Origin: Minisyncoccia bacterium
GTDB lineage: Bacteria; Patescibacteriota; Minisyncoccia; Phycocordibacterales; CAIZLB01
Assembly: GCA_041752275.1 (NCBI GenBank)
Contig: JBGSHK010000009.1
Span: 19,156-83,155, forward strand
DNA length: 64,000 nucleotides
Direction of reading: 5' to 3'
Position numbers and translations under genes: made by a program. Below, in pieces: positions 10,496-20,974 of the stretch. Every line of letters begins with the position of its first letter. Positions within the stretch are counted from its first letter, which is position 1. The notes beneath the pieces are model-generated. The model searched no databases and was not told the origin of the DNA. It saw only the letters and a program-made list of their open reading frames with translations.

Positions 10496-11782
10496 TTATC
10501 TCTTAGGCATATAAGCTAAAGGATCGAGATAGGCATTTATGGCAGCTATAGGCATAGTCAGGTTTTTACCAGGGCATGATGCAGATGGACGAGATATTGC
10601 ATTTACAGCGTCAGCTGGATACATACTTACATGAAGATGAGGTCCTGTAGAGTAGCCTGTATTACCTGAAAAACCTACCACATCTCCCGCTTTAACTGTT
10701 GCACCTGTAGACATGTTTAACTGTGAAAGATGTCCATAAGTTGAAGCCAGTCCATTATTGTATTTAATCAATACCCATTTTCCAAAAGATACACCTCGAC
10801 AAACAGCATCAGTATCCCCTTGTGCAACTAAAACACCATCACTCATGGCAAGTATAGGTGTACCAACCTTTGCTCTAAAATCTACTCCGTTATGTGAACC
10901 TGATTTATATAAACGTGCAGACGCATTTGTAACACCAAACTGTTGTGTTATATATACCGTTTCAAGTGGCCATGAAAGTGCTGACGATCCTTTTTTTGGA
11001 ATAGATGAAGGGTCTAAAACATATTTTAATTTATTTTCGAACTCAAACATTTCTTTTTCAAAGGCTACTTTTTGTTTCTTTCTATCTTCCAGTTGTTGCT
11101 TGAAAATACTTTCTTGATTTTTAGTTATTGCCAACTCTTTAGTCTGTTCTGTTTTTACAACAGAAAGTGATGTTTGTTTTATCTTTAAACTTTCTTTTTC
11201 TTTTTCCAATGTTTCTTTTCTTATCTCTTCTTCAGTTTTATCAACTTCAAGATCTTTTTTTACCTCAAAAATTTCATCTATACTTTTTTGTATTTGATCT
11301 TGTATATTTTTTAATACTTCAATTTCTTTTATTGAGGCCATAATATTTTTTTCAGATAAAAAGTTTTCTATTATACTAACATTGTCGAGTTTATACTGAT
11401 TTACAATACTTTCCTCCATACCCATACGCAGTCGCATTATTTTTTCCTCATTTCCAACAATGGCATTTGATAAATTAGTTATCTCAAGACTTGTTTTATC
11501 TATTGAAACTTGACTTTTTCTTACATCAGAACTTATAGCCTTAACTTGATTGTCTAAAGTTTTTATATAGTTACCCAAAGTTTGGGCTTCTTTTGAAGAC
11601 TTGTCGGCCAAGTCTGCATATGTTTTGATCTCTTGATCAAGTTTTTTTATAAGCTCAGATCTTTCATCAATCTTTTTTTGAAGTTCCTGAGCAGTCTCTT
11701 CTGCAAATATAAAATCAACAGACATTCTTAATCCTGCAATACATATCAATAATAAAAACCCTATTTTCATCTTTCGTGTCAT
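10496..11782 (-). CDS. Coiled-coil plus M23 metallopeptidase (EnvC/CwlO-like murein hydrolase)
   Basis: Signal peptide, long coiled coil, HNGVDF, YGHL, GNTGYSTGPHLH. Confidence 0.9.
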   Translation of the reverse strand: MTRKMKIGFLLLICIAGLRMSVDFIFAEETAQELQKKIDERSELIKKLDQEIKTYADLADKSSKEAQTLGNYIKTLDNQVKAISSDVRKSQVSIDKTSLEITNLSNAIVGNEEKIMRLRMGMEESIVNQYKLDNVSIIENFLSEKNIMASIKEIEVLKNIQDQIQKSIDEIFEVKKDLEVDKTEEEIRKETLEKEKESLKIKQTSLSVVKTEQTKELAITKNQESIFKQQLEDRKKQKVAFEKEMFEFENKLKYVLDPSSIPKKGSSALSWPLETVYITQQFGVTNASARLYKSGSHNGVDFRAKVGTPILAMSDGVLVAQGDTDAVCRGVSFGKWVLIKYNNGLASTYGHLSQLNMSTGATVKAGDVVGFSGNTGYSTGPHLHVSMYPADAVNAISRPSASCPGKNLTMPIAAINAYLDPLAYMPKR

Positions 11783-11807
11783 ATAGGGTCTATTATAGCA
11801 TTTTTAC

Positions 11808-12029
11808 CTACTTTCTTCTAATCAGTTTTGGTTTTCCGCCGTATGAATCCAACTCTATCTCGACTTTATCACCCACATATATACGTATACGATTGTATTT
11901 CATTTTTCCTGACATATAAGCAAGTAAAACTGCACCGTCTTCTAGTTGTACACGAAAATGCGTATCAGGTAGTGATTCTATCACTATACCGTTGAGAATT
12001 ATTTTACCTTCCTTATCTTGATTTGACAT
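11808..12029 (-). CDS. infA: Translation initiation factor IF-1
   Basis: GIVIESLPDTHFRVQLEDG..LAYMSGKMKYNRIRI..GDKV. Confidence 0.95.
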   Translation of the reverse strand: MSNQDKEGKIILNGIVIESLPDTHFRVQLEDGAVLLAYMSGKMKYNRIRIYVGDKVEIELDSYGGKPKLIRRK

Positions 12030-12127
12030 ATAAAGAGTATGGTATCATACTTTGCGGAAATGAAAAACCCTGAAATCTTAAATGAATAACAGATCAGGGT
12101 CTTGTGAATTTTTTCTATGATGATAAA

Positions 12128-12667
12128 TCAATGCCGAAATGTTCCTAATGCTAAATCAGCAATTGGTAAAACAACATTGAAGTTAGTCTTTGGGTTTTTA
12201 TGATGTAAGTTATGTCGTTTGTTAGACCAAATAAACCAACGCCGACGTTCAAACCACAGACCTGTAGGGTCATGCATACACCAGTGAAAATATTCGTAGG
12301 TGCAATAGTACAAAATAAATACAATGACAGTGACAACGGTTGGCCACCAAACAGGTAAAAATACTATGGTGATTAGAACAACAGGTAAGGAAGCGACGCT
12401 AATCAAAAAGATCCAATGCCACCAAGCCATAGGAATAGTTTTTTTATTTTTCTCTTTTTTTTCTGGTGGATGGTTTGAAAGTGAATAAGTTTTGCCAGCC
12501 CCAAAAATGACATGATGTGTTTCGTGATGTGCTTCATATGCACCCCTATATCCAAGGAATGTACGATGCATAACATATTTATGAAGTCCCCATTCAAAAA
12601 ACGAAGCGTAGGTTACAGCAAAGATAATAACTCCAAGAACTTGTAGTGTAATAATTAAAGTGTTCAT
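12128..12667 (-). CDS. Fatty acid hydroxylase/sterol desaturase superfamily membrane enzyme
   Basis: His boxes HKYVMH, HHETHH, HWCMH, HNLHH and NFNV; TM segments. Confidence 0.85.
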   Translation of the reverse strand: MNTLIITLQVLGVIIFAVTYASFFEWGLHKYVMHRTFLGYRGAYEAHHETHHVIFGAGKTYSLSNHPPEKKEKNKKTIPMAWWHWIFLISVASLPVVLITIVFLPVWWPTVVTVIVFILYYCTYEYFHWCMHDPTGLWFERRRWFIWSNKRHNLHHKNPKTNFNVVLPIADLALGTFRH

Positions 12668-12727
12668 ACACTATAATTATATACATATTAGAATAATTTT
12701 GCTTGGAGGTTGAAGAGGGTTTTGGTT

Positions 12728-14209
12728 TTAATACGCCTTAGCGAATAAAACTTTGTTTGGTGCATCTTTTTGACAATATATACACTTACCTGACAAACCT
12801 AATCCACCTTCATATGGAATACATCTTGTTGAAGCCTGAGTTTCTTCTTTGATTTTTTCTTCACACTGTGAATCTAAACATAAGTGAGTAAGGACAAAAC
12901 CTTTTTTATTTTCTATAATTTTTTTAAACTCAGTATAATCAGAAACTTCTCTTGTATTTTCCATTCTGAAATTTTTAGAATTTTCTAATAATGTATTTTG
13001 TATATTTTCTAATAATGATTTTACTGTATCAATCAAAATATCATCTTGAATAAATTCTTTTTTTCCATTTATTCTTTCTACTAGTACTGCAGAATTATTG
13101 GCAACATCTTTCGGTCCTATTTCCATTCGAAGTGGAACCCCTTTTCTTTCCCATTCAAAATACTTAAAGCCAGGACGACCTTCTCTATCGTCTACTTTAT
13201 ATAAAATACCCTCCTTATCCAAATCAGCTTTAACTTTTTCAACTTTTTCCATTACTATCTTTTTATCATCTTCATTTCCAAATATTGGAATAATAACAAC
13301 TTGAAATTGTGCCATTTTAGGAGGGAGTATTAATCCTTTATCATCTGAATGTGACATAATCATAGCACCGATTAACCTTGTACTTACACCCCAACTCGTT
13401 TGCCAAACATATTGATGTGTTTGATTTTCGTCCAAAAACTTAATATCAAAAGATTTTGCAAAACTTTGTCCAAGCATATGAGATGTACCACATTGCAATG
13501 CTTTTCCGTCTTGCATTAAAGCCTCTACAGTTGTTGTATAATCAGCACCTGCAAACTTTTCACTTTCTGTTTTAACTCCATCAACAACTGATATTGCCAT
13601 GTAGTTTTGCAAAAAATCTTTATATACAGACAACATCTCTTTTGTTTTAGTATCAGCATCTTCTTTGGTAGCATGAGCTGTATGTCCTTCTTGCCATAAA
13701 AATTCTGATGTTCGTAAAAAAGGTTTTGTTTTCAATTCCCAACGCATAACATTACACCATTGATTTAAAATCAAAGGTAAATCTCTATATGAACTAATCC
13801 ATTTTGAAACCGCATCATGAATAATAGTCTCTGAGGTTGGACGTATAACAAAAGGCTCTTCTAGTTCACCAGCAGGAATTAATTTTCCATCAACCTCTTC
13901 TAATCTATGGTGTGTTACTACAGCACATTCTTTAGCAAAACCCTGAACGTGTTCGGCCTCTTTCTCTAAAAAACTTACAGGTATAAGAAGTGGAAAATAT
14001 GCATTTTGAGTTCCTCTTTTTTTAAACTCAGTATCTAAAATGAAGTGTATCTTTTCCCATATTGCATAACCATAGGGTTTAATAACCATAGACCCTCGTA
14101 CTGGAGAATTTTCAGCTAATCCAGCTTCTCTAATAATATCTATATACCATTCTGAAAAATCTGTCTCTCTTGTGGTTATTGTGTTTTTTACACTTTCCTG
14201 ATTAGTCAT
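12728..14209 (-). CDS. proS: Proline--tRNA ligase (archaeal/eukaryotic type)
   Basis: IRPTSET, PFLRTSEFLWQEGHT, QTSWGVSTRLIGA, C-terminal FAKAY. Confidence 0.97.
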   Translation of the reverse strand: MTNQESVKNTITTRETDFSEWYIDIIREAGLAENSPVRGSMVIKPYGYAIWEKIHFILDTEFKKRGTQNAYFPLLIPVSFLEKEAEHVQGFAKECAVVTHHRLEEVDGKLIPAGELEEPFVIRPTSETIIHDAVSKWISSYRDLPLILNQWCNVMRWELKTKPFLRTSEFLWQEGHTAHATKEDADTKTKEMLSVYKDFLQNYMAISVVDGVKTESEKFAGADYTTTVEALMQDGKALQCGTSHMLGQSFAKSFDIKFLDENQTHQYVWQTSWGVSTRLIGAMIMSHSDDKGLILPPKMAQFQVVIIPIFGNEDDKKIVMEKVEKVKADLDKEGILYKVDDREGRPGFKYFEWERKGVPLRMEIGPKDVANNSAVLVERINGKKEFIQDDILIDTVKSLLENIQNTLLENSKNFRMENTREVSDYTEFKKIIENKKGFVLTHLCLDSQCEEKIKEETQASTRCIPYEGGLGLSGKCIYCQKDAPNKVLFAKAY

Positions 14210-14230
14210 TGTTGTATATTACCACAAAAC

Positions 14231-15451
14231 CTATTTAACCTCCACACTTATATGATCCTCATCAGAAACAGATGACATCCAAAACGGAGAATAATTAATC
14301 TCCATCTTTATATGCTTACTAATCTCATTTTTAATTTTTTTCATAGTATCTTTTGAAAAACCTTTAAATGTTTTAGCTACTTTATCTTTGATAACTATTG
14401 GTTTTATTTCTATAATCAGGTTTTTAAATGATACAGGCAGTCCTGTAGTTGTATCTAGTTGTAACTCATAATCATTTATACTTATTTCATATTCTAAAAT
14501 ATCTGATATAGGTTTTAAATATTCTGTATAATCTTGTAAAATTTTACTATTTGATAACAAAACTTTTTCAAAATCTTTTTTATCTACAACAACAAGAGCA
14601 GATTGATTTACATTATTATCATAAATATAATTTTTTTTAAGTGATATAAAATTTTCTGGTATAAAAGAAAGTATTTCTTCACCTGGTGCAGTTATAGTTT
14701 TTACATTAGAACTTGTTGTTGAAATATCTGTTTGTATTTGATTTTGATCCATATAGTCAATGGCATAGAAATTGTCATAATCACTTGTACTTTTAAAGCC
14801 TATAACTTTATACTTTACCTGTTCATTATTATTAGAATTTTTTTGTGTAGGTTTTATATTTACAGCATTTCCAAGATAATATGTCACACCATCAACATCA
14901 AAACGAGTATCTTTTCGCAGTGGTACATTTGTATTTGTTTGATTTATAAGTTTTACTTTTTTTGAAGTAAAAGGACTTGTAGTTGCTGTATTTAGGTCAA
15001 AATATTCTTCACCTGTTTGATCTTTTACCTGTGTCACAGTACTTGTAGACTCTTCATATATTGGTGCAAAAACATTTCTATCTTTATCCTGATTATTGTA
15101 TATAAGATTATAAGATAAGGTGGTTGATGAAGATTTATTTTTTTCAGAAATACTCATTGGTATATTATCCTTTATCTCAAAAATAGTTGATTTTGATTCA
15201 AAAAATATACGTGTATTGTTATTGAAAACAGAATAATAAACTATAGATAAAATAATTAAAGTTAAAATAATTAAAATTATTGATATATTACTTTTTTTAT
15301 CTTTACCATCTATTGTGTGATAGATTTCCCTAGATGTTAAAATGGGTTCATTTTTTAAAATCTTGGTGTTACTTTTTATATCAAAATCATCAACTCGAGC
15401 TTTGATTTTAGAAAGATTATTTTTTTTAGGTGGTATTATATCTGAATACAT
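14231..15451 (-). CDS. Hypothetical single-pass membrane protein (very AT-rich)
   Basis: 406 aa, N-terminal SDIIPP, one TM, beta-rich ectodomain. Confidence 0.7.
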   Translation of the reverse strand: MYSDIIPPKKNNLSKIKARVDDFDIKSNTKILKNEPILTSREIYHTIDGKDKKSNISIILIILTLIILSIVYYSVFNNNTRIFFESKSTIFEIKDNIPMSISEKNKSSSTTLSYNLIYNNQDKDRNVFAPIYEESTSTVTQVKDQTGEEYFDLNTATTSPFTSKKVKLINQTNTNVPLRKDTRFDVDGVTYYLGNAVNIKPTQKNSNNNEQVKYKVIGFKSTSDYDNFYAIDYMDQNQIQTDISTTSSNVKTITAPGEEILSFIPENFISLKKNYIYDNNVNQSALVVVDKKDFEKVLLSNSKILQDYTEYLKPISDILEYEISINDYELQLDTTTGLPVSFKNLIIEIKPIVIKDKVAKTFKGFSKDTMKKIKNEISKHIKMEINYSPFWMSSVSDEDHISVEVK

Positions 15452-15466
15452 ATTTGTTATTTTAAT

Positions 15467-16519
15467 TTAAAATATTTTTTTAGTAAATACTTTTGATTCT
15501 GTTGTTAAAAGTTTGTTTAAGATATAGGCGTCTTGATTTATAGAATTTTTAAATATTAAATCAAAATTTGATAATAAAACATTGTCTATATAATATATTG
15601 ATATGTCTGTATCTTTTTTTATTAAACCAATACCTATACTATCTATAAAATTTCTAATTTGTTTTTTTATCATTTCTAATTCATCATTCAATATTTGATC
15701 AATCTTTATCTTAACCGAACTGTCTAAATCAGACCAAATATTATTTAAAGATTTATTATTTAAATCAGGTGTAAATTTTGATTTTAAAATTTTATCTAAA
15801 ATATTATCATCTACATGTAAAAATACTTTCAATTTGTTTCTTATATCTAAATAACTTGATTTAATAAAAAGTGTTGATATATTTTTATTTTCATAGACAT
15901 AGGAAATATCAAATCCAAAATCTTCTATTATTATCTTTAACTGATTGTCCTCGGTTTTACCATATACATGTTCAATATGTGAATATATAGAGTCTATATT
16001 TATTTTATGTATATGAAATATTGTTTCTAAAATTTTTGTAATTCTATTTAAAAAATTAGTTGAAGTATATATATTTATATATTGTACCTTTATTAAACCA
16101 GCTGATTGATTTTTTATTTCTTTAATATCATATTCATTTAATGATATATTTAAAACTGTATTTTTTAATATTGAAATATTATCTATATTTTTATGTAAAA
16201 TTAATTTATCAATAAAATCTTGATTTATTTTTTGAGGTTTATCTAATTTTTTTTCAATATTCATTATTTCATAAACACACCAAGGACTTGTTAAAATAAC
16301 TTTTATTTCTTGTATTTTTCTATTATTCTCTTTATATATATCTGTATTTAAAAAATCTTGACAAATATCTTTACAAACATAAATCATGCGATTTTCATAG
16401 TCTTCATGATTTTCATTTTCTATTTTCAGAATATCTTGATTACCTAAAAAAGTGTATAAATCATCTTTGCATGAATACATATTTATAGAGTTAGGTTTTA
16501 TGAGAAAAACAATTTGCAT
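15467..16519 (-). CDS. Hypothetical protein, possibly a highly diverged FtsA/actin-like fold
   Basis: 350 aa, extremely AT-rich; VILTSPW and ISLNEY segments resemble Parcubacteria FtsA-like hypotheticals (weak, from memory). Confidence 0.55.
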   Translation of the reverse strand: MQIVFLIKPNSINMYSCKDDLYTFLGNQDILKIENENHEDYENRMIYVCKDICQDFLNTDIYKENNRKIQEIKVILTSPWCVYEIMNIEKKLDKPQKINQDFIDKLILHKNIDNISILKNTVLNISLNEYDIKEIKNQSAGLIKVQYINIYTSTNFLNRITKILETIFHIHKINIDSIYSHIEHVYGKTEDNQLKIIIEDFGFDISYVYENKNISTLFIKSSYLDIRNKLKVFLHVDDNILDKILKSKFTPDLNNKSLNNIWSDLDSSVKIKIDQILNDELEMIKKQIRNFIDSIGIGLIKKDTDISIYYIDNVLLSNFDLIFKNSINQDAYILNKLLTTESKVFTKKIF

Positions 16520-16564
16520 TGATTACATTATATGGCAAATCTTATATTATTGCTATTTTTTCTC

Positions 16565-18406
16565 TTATTCTAAAACTGCTTTTATTCTTCTCACACCTTG
16601 ACTAACAGCTTCTTCTTTATGTATTTTAAAATGTCCAAGTTCGCTAGTGTTTTTTACATGAGGACCTCCACAAAATTCTTTTGAAAATGCAGAATCTAGA
16701 CTTTCGCCGATATAATAAACATTTACCATATCACCATATTTATCAGCAAAAAAATGTAGTGCACCTGAAGCAATCGCCTCATCCTTCGGCAAAGTCACCA
16801 TATTCATTGATAATCCTTCCTGAATTTTTTCATTTACAATATCTTCCACTTTTTGCTTTTCGTCATCGGACATCTTTCTGTCAAAAGCAAAATCAAAACG
16901 CAGTCTTTCTGTTGTGATGTTAGATCCTTTTTGTTGTACTGACTCACCTAAAACTTGTCTTAAAGCCTGATGCAGTAAGTGTGTGGCTGTATGATATTTA
17001 ACTTCCATAACACCGTCACCTGCCAATCCTCCTTTAAACTTCTTTTCAGCTCCTGCTCTTGAGTTATCTTGATGTATTTTAAACAACTGATCAAACTCAT
17101 CTTTGTTTATCTTTAACTTATTTTCACTAGCTAGCTCTTCTATCATTTCTATAGGAAATCCATAAGACTCGAAAAGGGTAAAAACTTTTTGAGAGTCAAC
17201 CATCTCTATGTTTTCTTCTTTATTATGAACAACTATTTTATTAAATTCTTTTATACCTTGTATCAAAGCTTTACGAAACTTTTTCTCTTCTGCATTTATG
17301 GAAACTTTTATTGTTTCTTTTTGACGGGCAATATTTTCATAAACATCTTTATAGTAATCAGTAAATATATCCGCTATCATATACAATGAGTTTTCTGGAA
17401 GACCTAATACGTCAGCATGACGTAATGCACGTCTTATCAAGCGTCGAAGTATATAACCTTGATCAGTGTTAGAAAACATAACTCCGTCAGATAGCATAAC
17501 AACAGCTGTTCTAACATGATCTGCGATGATACGTGATGAGCGTGCTATCTCAAAAGCTGCTATGTTTATGTTAAGACTTGTAAGCTCTGTTATCTTGTCG
17601 AGTGCGGGTTTAAATATATCCGTTTCGTAAACAGAGTTTACGCCTTGTACCATCATAACAATACGCTCGAAACCAGAACCTGTGTCTACGTTTTTATTTT
17701 GAAGTTTTGAGACTATTTTTCCATCTTTTTTTAAATACTCCATAAATACATCATTCCAGATTTCGACAAGTTCTCCACGATCGTCGAGTTTAATATATTC
17801 TTCCAAGTCCATACCTTCTGTATATTTTCCGGTTATATCGTAAAACATTTCAGTGTCTGGTCCACAAGGTCCATTTTCTCCAGCACTCCACCAGTTATTT
17901 TTTTTCGGTAAAAAATAAATTCGGTTTGTAGATACTCCATTTTTTTTGAAAATATCTTCCCAGATCTGGCTCGACTCTTCATCTTTCGGAGCATCCTCAT
18001 CCCCCTGGAAACATGTAACATAAAGTCTGTTTGGATCTAAACCAAAACCTTTTTCCTTATCAGTCAAAAGTTCATATGACCAGTTTATTGCTTCAGTTTT
18101 AAAATAATCTCCCAGAGACCAGTTTCCCATCATTTCAAAAAAAGTAAGGTGACGACTATCACCTACCTCTTCTATGTCGATAGTTCTGATACATTTTTGT
18201 AAGTTAGCTAGACGTTTACCTTGAGGATGAGCCTCGCCTAAAAGATACGGAACTAGCGGTTGCATACCGGCAATGTTGAAAAGAACTGAAGCGTCGTTTT
18301 CAGGAATGATTGGAGCTGATTTGATGATTGCGTGATCGTGCTTGGCAAAAAAATCTAAGAATTTTTGTCTTATCTCATGTGATGACATAGGTTTTTGATT
18401 ATACAT
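16565..18406 (-). CDS. alaS: Alanine--tRNA ligase, short form ending after the editing domain
   Basis: LFNIAGMQPL, HLTFFEMMGNWS, DTGSGFER, HTATHLLH, EFCGGPHV, GVRRIKA. Confidence 0.96.
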   Translation of the reverse strand: MYNQKPMSSHEIRQKFLDFFAKHDHAIIKSAPIIPENDASVLFNIAGMQPLVPYLLGEAHPQGKRLANLQKCIRTIDIEEVGDSRHLTFFEMMGNWSLGDYFKTEAINWSYELLTDKEKGFGLDPNRLYVTCFQGDEDAPKDEESSQIWEDIFKKNGVSTNRIYFLPKKNNWWSAGENGPCGPDTEMFYDITGKYTEGMDLEEYIKLDDRGELVEIWNDVFMEYLKKDGKIVSKLQNKNVDTGSGFERIVMMVQGVNSVYETDIFKPALDKITELTSLNINIAAFEIARSSRIIADHVRTAVVMLSDGVMFSNTDQGYILRRLIRRALRHADVLGLPENSLYMIADIFTDYYKDVYENIARQKETIKVSINAEEKKFRKALIQGIKEFNKIVVHNKEENIEMVDSQKVFTLFESYGFPIEMIEELASENKLKINKDEFDQLFKIHQDNSRAGAEKKFKGGLAGDGVMEVKYHTATHLLHQALRQVLGESVQQKGSNITTERLRFDFAFDRKMSDDEKQKVEDIVNEKIQEGLSMNMVTLPKDEAIASGALHFFADKYGDMVNVYYIGESLDSAFSKEFCGGPHVKNTSELGHFKIHKEEAVSQGVRRIKAVLE

Positions 18407-18426
18407 TATATGAGTATTTTTGTCGA

Positions 18427-20259
18427 TTAAAACATCCCTTCCACCTCAGTCAAATCCTTTTCTATTTTCTTCAATCCCTTCAAGAAAAAGTCTGGCTTAC
18501 TTGTATCTATTCCAATACTTTTGAAAATATCCTCAGGTGAAGCTGACCCACCCGCGCTCAAAAACTTTTTTATTTTCACTCCAAATGATTTATCTTTTTT
18601 ATATTCTTCATACAATGCGTTTGCTATAAGCTGACCATAGGCATAACTATAAACATAAAAGAAATATCTGAAATGATTTATATACACATATCCATATCCA
18701 TCAGTTTCTATAACCTCAACAGCGTCACCAACGTAGGATTTTCGACAGTCCGCAAACATGGATGCAAATTCTTCTTTGGAAACAAAACCTTTTTCTTTCA
18801 CAGCTTTATGTATATTTTTCTCATATTGAAAATATGCAATCTGTGCAAAAATAGTAAACACATTATCTTGCACCTTATTTACCAATAAATCTTTTTTCTC
18901 TTCAAGTGTTGCTATTTCCAACAAATTATCAAACAAAACATTTTCAAAAAAAGTTGATGCAACTTCAGCGATAGATATTGGATAGTCTTGATATATGGCT
19001 TCTTGTTTTTTTGACAGATCAGAATGTATAGAGTGTCCCATTTCATGAGCCAGTGTTGAAACGTCATTAAGTTTGTCTACATAATTTAACAAAACATATG
19101 TTGGAGCATTTATCATAGGCGAACAAAAAGCTCCTGATCTTTTTCCGAGTTTTGGATACACATCTATTTGTCCTTTTTTCAAATAACTTTGAAATATGTC
19201 AGCAAACTCTTGATCAACTCCTGCAAAAGATTTCGTTACCATTAAACACGCATCTTCAAATTTTATTTTCTTTTTACTTTTTGTTGTTGATATACCAGTC
19301 GCCAACTCTGCCATAGTTATCTTTTTCTCATCAGAATTTTCTATTTTGTTTAATATCTTAGCTTTAAGTTTAAAAAATCTATGTGATATATGATTATTTT
19401 TTGTTACTACATTTACTAGATTTTCTATAGATTTTACATCGTTTTGATATCCTAAAATAGTAGCTTCATAAGGAGTTTTATATCCTCGTATTTCATCATC
19501 TATTTTTTTATTTCGTATAACAGCATTTAACTCAGCCTCAGCTATGAAAGATATTTCTTTATATCTTTCCATAACTATTTTATGAAGTGCTCTTCTGTCT
19601 TTTTTGGGCAAATCAGCCTTTATACCCATAGCTTCAGACAAAGACATTTCTTTGCCTTTAAACTTTATCTTCTGTGAATTTCTATTTTTACTTCCCATCT
19701 CTTCCCAGGCTTCATGTGCAACTTGAGACTTATCGGTCAAAATCTTTTCCTCTTTTTCAGATAACATAAACTTTCCATGTAAAAAAGAACTTTCTAGTAA
19801 ATATTTATACTTTGCCAAAGTTTTATCTTTTAAATATTTTTCTTGTAACTTTTTATCAAGTTTACAAATAGCTAAACCAAAAAATATAGTTTCTTTTGAT
19901 GCTTTCAAATATATGTCAGAAAGTTTATTTATCTCTGCTTGTATTTTATCATTTGAACTATTTAAAGACTGCTGAAGTCCTAAATACCAAAGTGGAATAC
20001 TTGATGTTTTATTTGTTAAAGAATTATAATCATTTAAAGCATTTAGCATACCCTTTGAAGTTTTTAAAAACTTCAAGTCTTTATATTTATTTGCAAAAGA
20101 AACTAGGTGACGACATATAGCCTCAACATCTTTTTTTATTTTTGGATCATTTATATCTTTATATAGTTGAGAAAAATCCCATTCGGTTTTTATACTAGTT
20201 TTTGTGGTATTTTTTTTTGTAGTAGCTTTCAAGTTTGTCATATTGTGTGATTTTAACAT
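18427..20259 (-). CDS. pepF: M3B oligoendopeptidase F
   Basis: GKRSGAF, TLAHEMGH (HExxH), AEVASTFFE, FYVYSYAYG. Confidence 0.92.
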   Translation of the reverse strand: MLKSHNMTNLKATTKKNTTKTSIKTEWDFSQLYKDINDPKIKKDVEAICRHLVSFANKYKDLKFLKTSKGMLNALNDYNSLTNKTSSIPLWYLGLQQSLNSSNDKIQAEINKLSDIYLKASKETIFFGLAICKLDKKLQEKYLKDKTLAKYKYLLESSFLHGKFMLSEKEEKILTDKSQVAHEAWEEMGSKNRNSQKIKFKGKEMSLSEAMGIKADLPKKDRRALHKIVMERYKEISFIAEAELNAVIRNKKIDDEIRGYKTPYEATILGYQNDVKSIENLVNVVTKNNHISHRFFKLKAKILNKIENSDEKKITMAELATGISTTKSKKKIKFEDACLMVTKSFAGVDQEFADIFQSYLKKGQIDVYPKLGKRSGAFCSPMINAPTYVLLNYVDKLNDVSTLAHEMGHSIHSDLSKKQEAIYQDYPISIAEVASTFFENVLFDNLLEIATLEEKKDLLVNKVQDNVFTIFAQIAYFQYEKNIHKAVKEKGFVSKEEFASMFADCRKSYVGDAVEVIETDGYGYVYINHFRYFFYVYSYAYGQLIANALYEEYKKDKSFGVKIKKFLSAGGSASPEDIFKSIGIDTSKPDFFLKGLKKIEKDLTEVEGMF

Positions 20260-20351
20260 ATTTTTAACATACTGTATCTGTTTGACATAATAGTTTAAAT
20301 ATTATATAGTATATTTGTTCAATAGAACCTTCCACAACAAAAAACACCGAA

Positions 20352-20933
20352 ATGATACAAGAACAAGAAGCAGTAGTTGTTGTAATGCCTGAAAACATAA
20401 AGTTAAGTGAAATAAAAAATGTAGCAATACCTCTTTGCTTAGGTGGTCCTAAAGATTTAAAAGATGGATGTCACGCTAGATTAAATAAAAGCATTGAGGG
20501 ACTAGAGTCTAAAAAAACACTGATTATTCAAACAGGAGGAACCTCTAAAAAACCTCTTTGCATAGAAATGCGTGATGTATTGAGGGAGGCGCAAAACCCT
20601 TGGAGTGAAAGATTTCTTTCTGTTCCATTAGGTTGGGGCACTCGGTCTGAAATTTACTATGCTTTTTATATTATTAATGAATTTAATAAAAAAGAGTTTC
20701 GAAATGGAATGGATACATCATCAGGATTTAAGGTAGTTATTGCATCAAATAAGGCTCATCTACCGAGAATTGAATGGTTTGTTTGGCTTTACAATATTCA
20801 CAATGTTAAAGTTGAATATAGAGAAGCTAAACATAGATTTGGTTTAATAAATACTCTTCGTGAGTATATAGGTACACCACTGATTGTAGCAAAAGATATG
20901 TTTATGATACTAGTCCGTTTTTGCTATAGATAA
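20352..20933 (+). CDS. YdcF/DUF218 (ElyC/SanA)-like protein
   Basis: LGG, ARL, IIQTGG, T.SE and VIASNKAHLPR resemble DUF218 motifs. Confidence 0.55.
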   Translation: MIQEQEAVVVVMPENIKLSEIKNVAIPLCLGGPKDLKDGCHARLNKSIEGLESKKTLIIQTGGTSKKPLCIEMRDVLREAQNPWSERFLSVPLGWGTRSEIYYAFYIINEFNKKEFRNGMDTSSGFKVVIASNKAHLPRIEWFVWLYNIHNVKVEYREAKHRFGLINTLREYIGTPLIVAKDMFMILVRFCYR

Positions 20934-20974
20934 TTTAAAGTTTGTATTTTTTTTAGTATTTGATATAATATATG

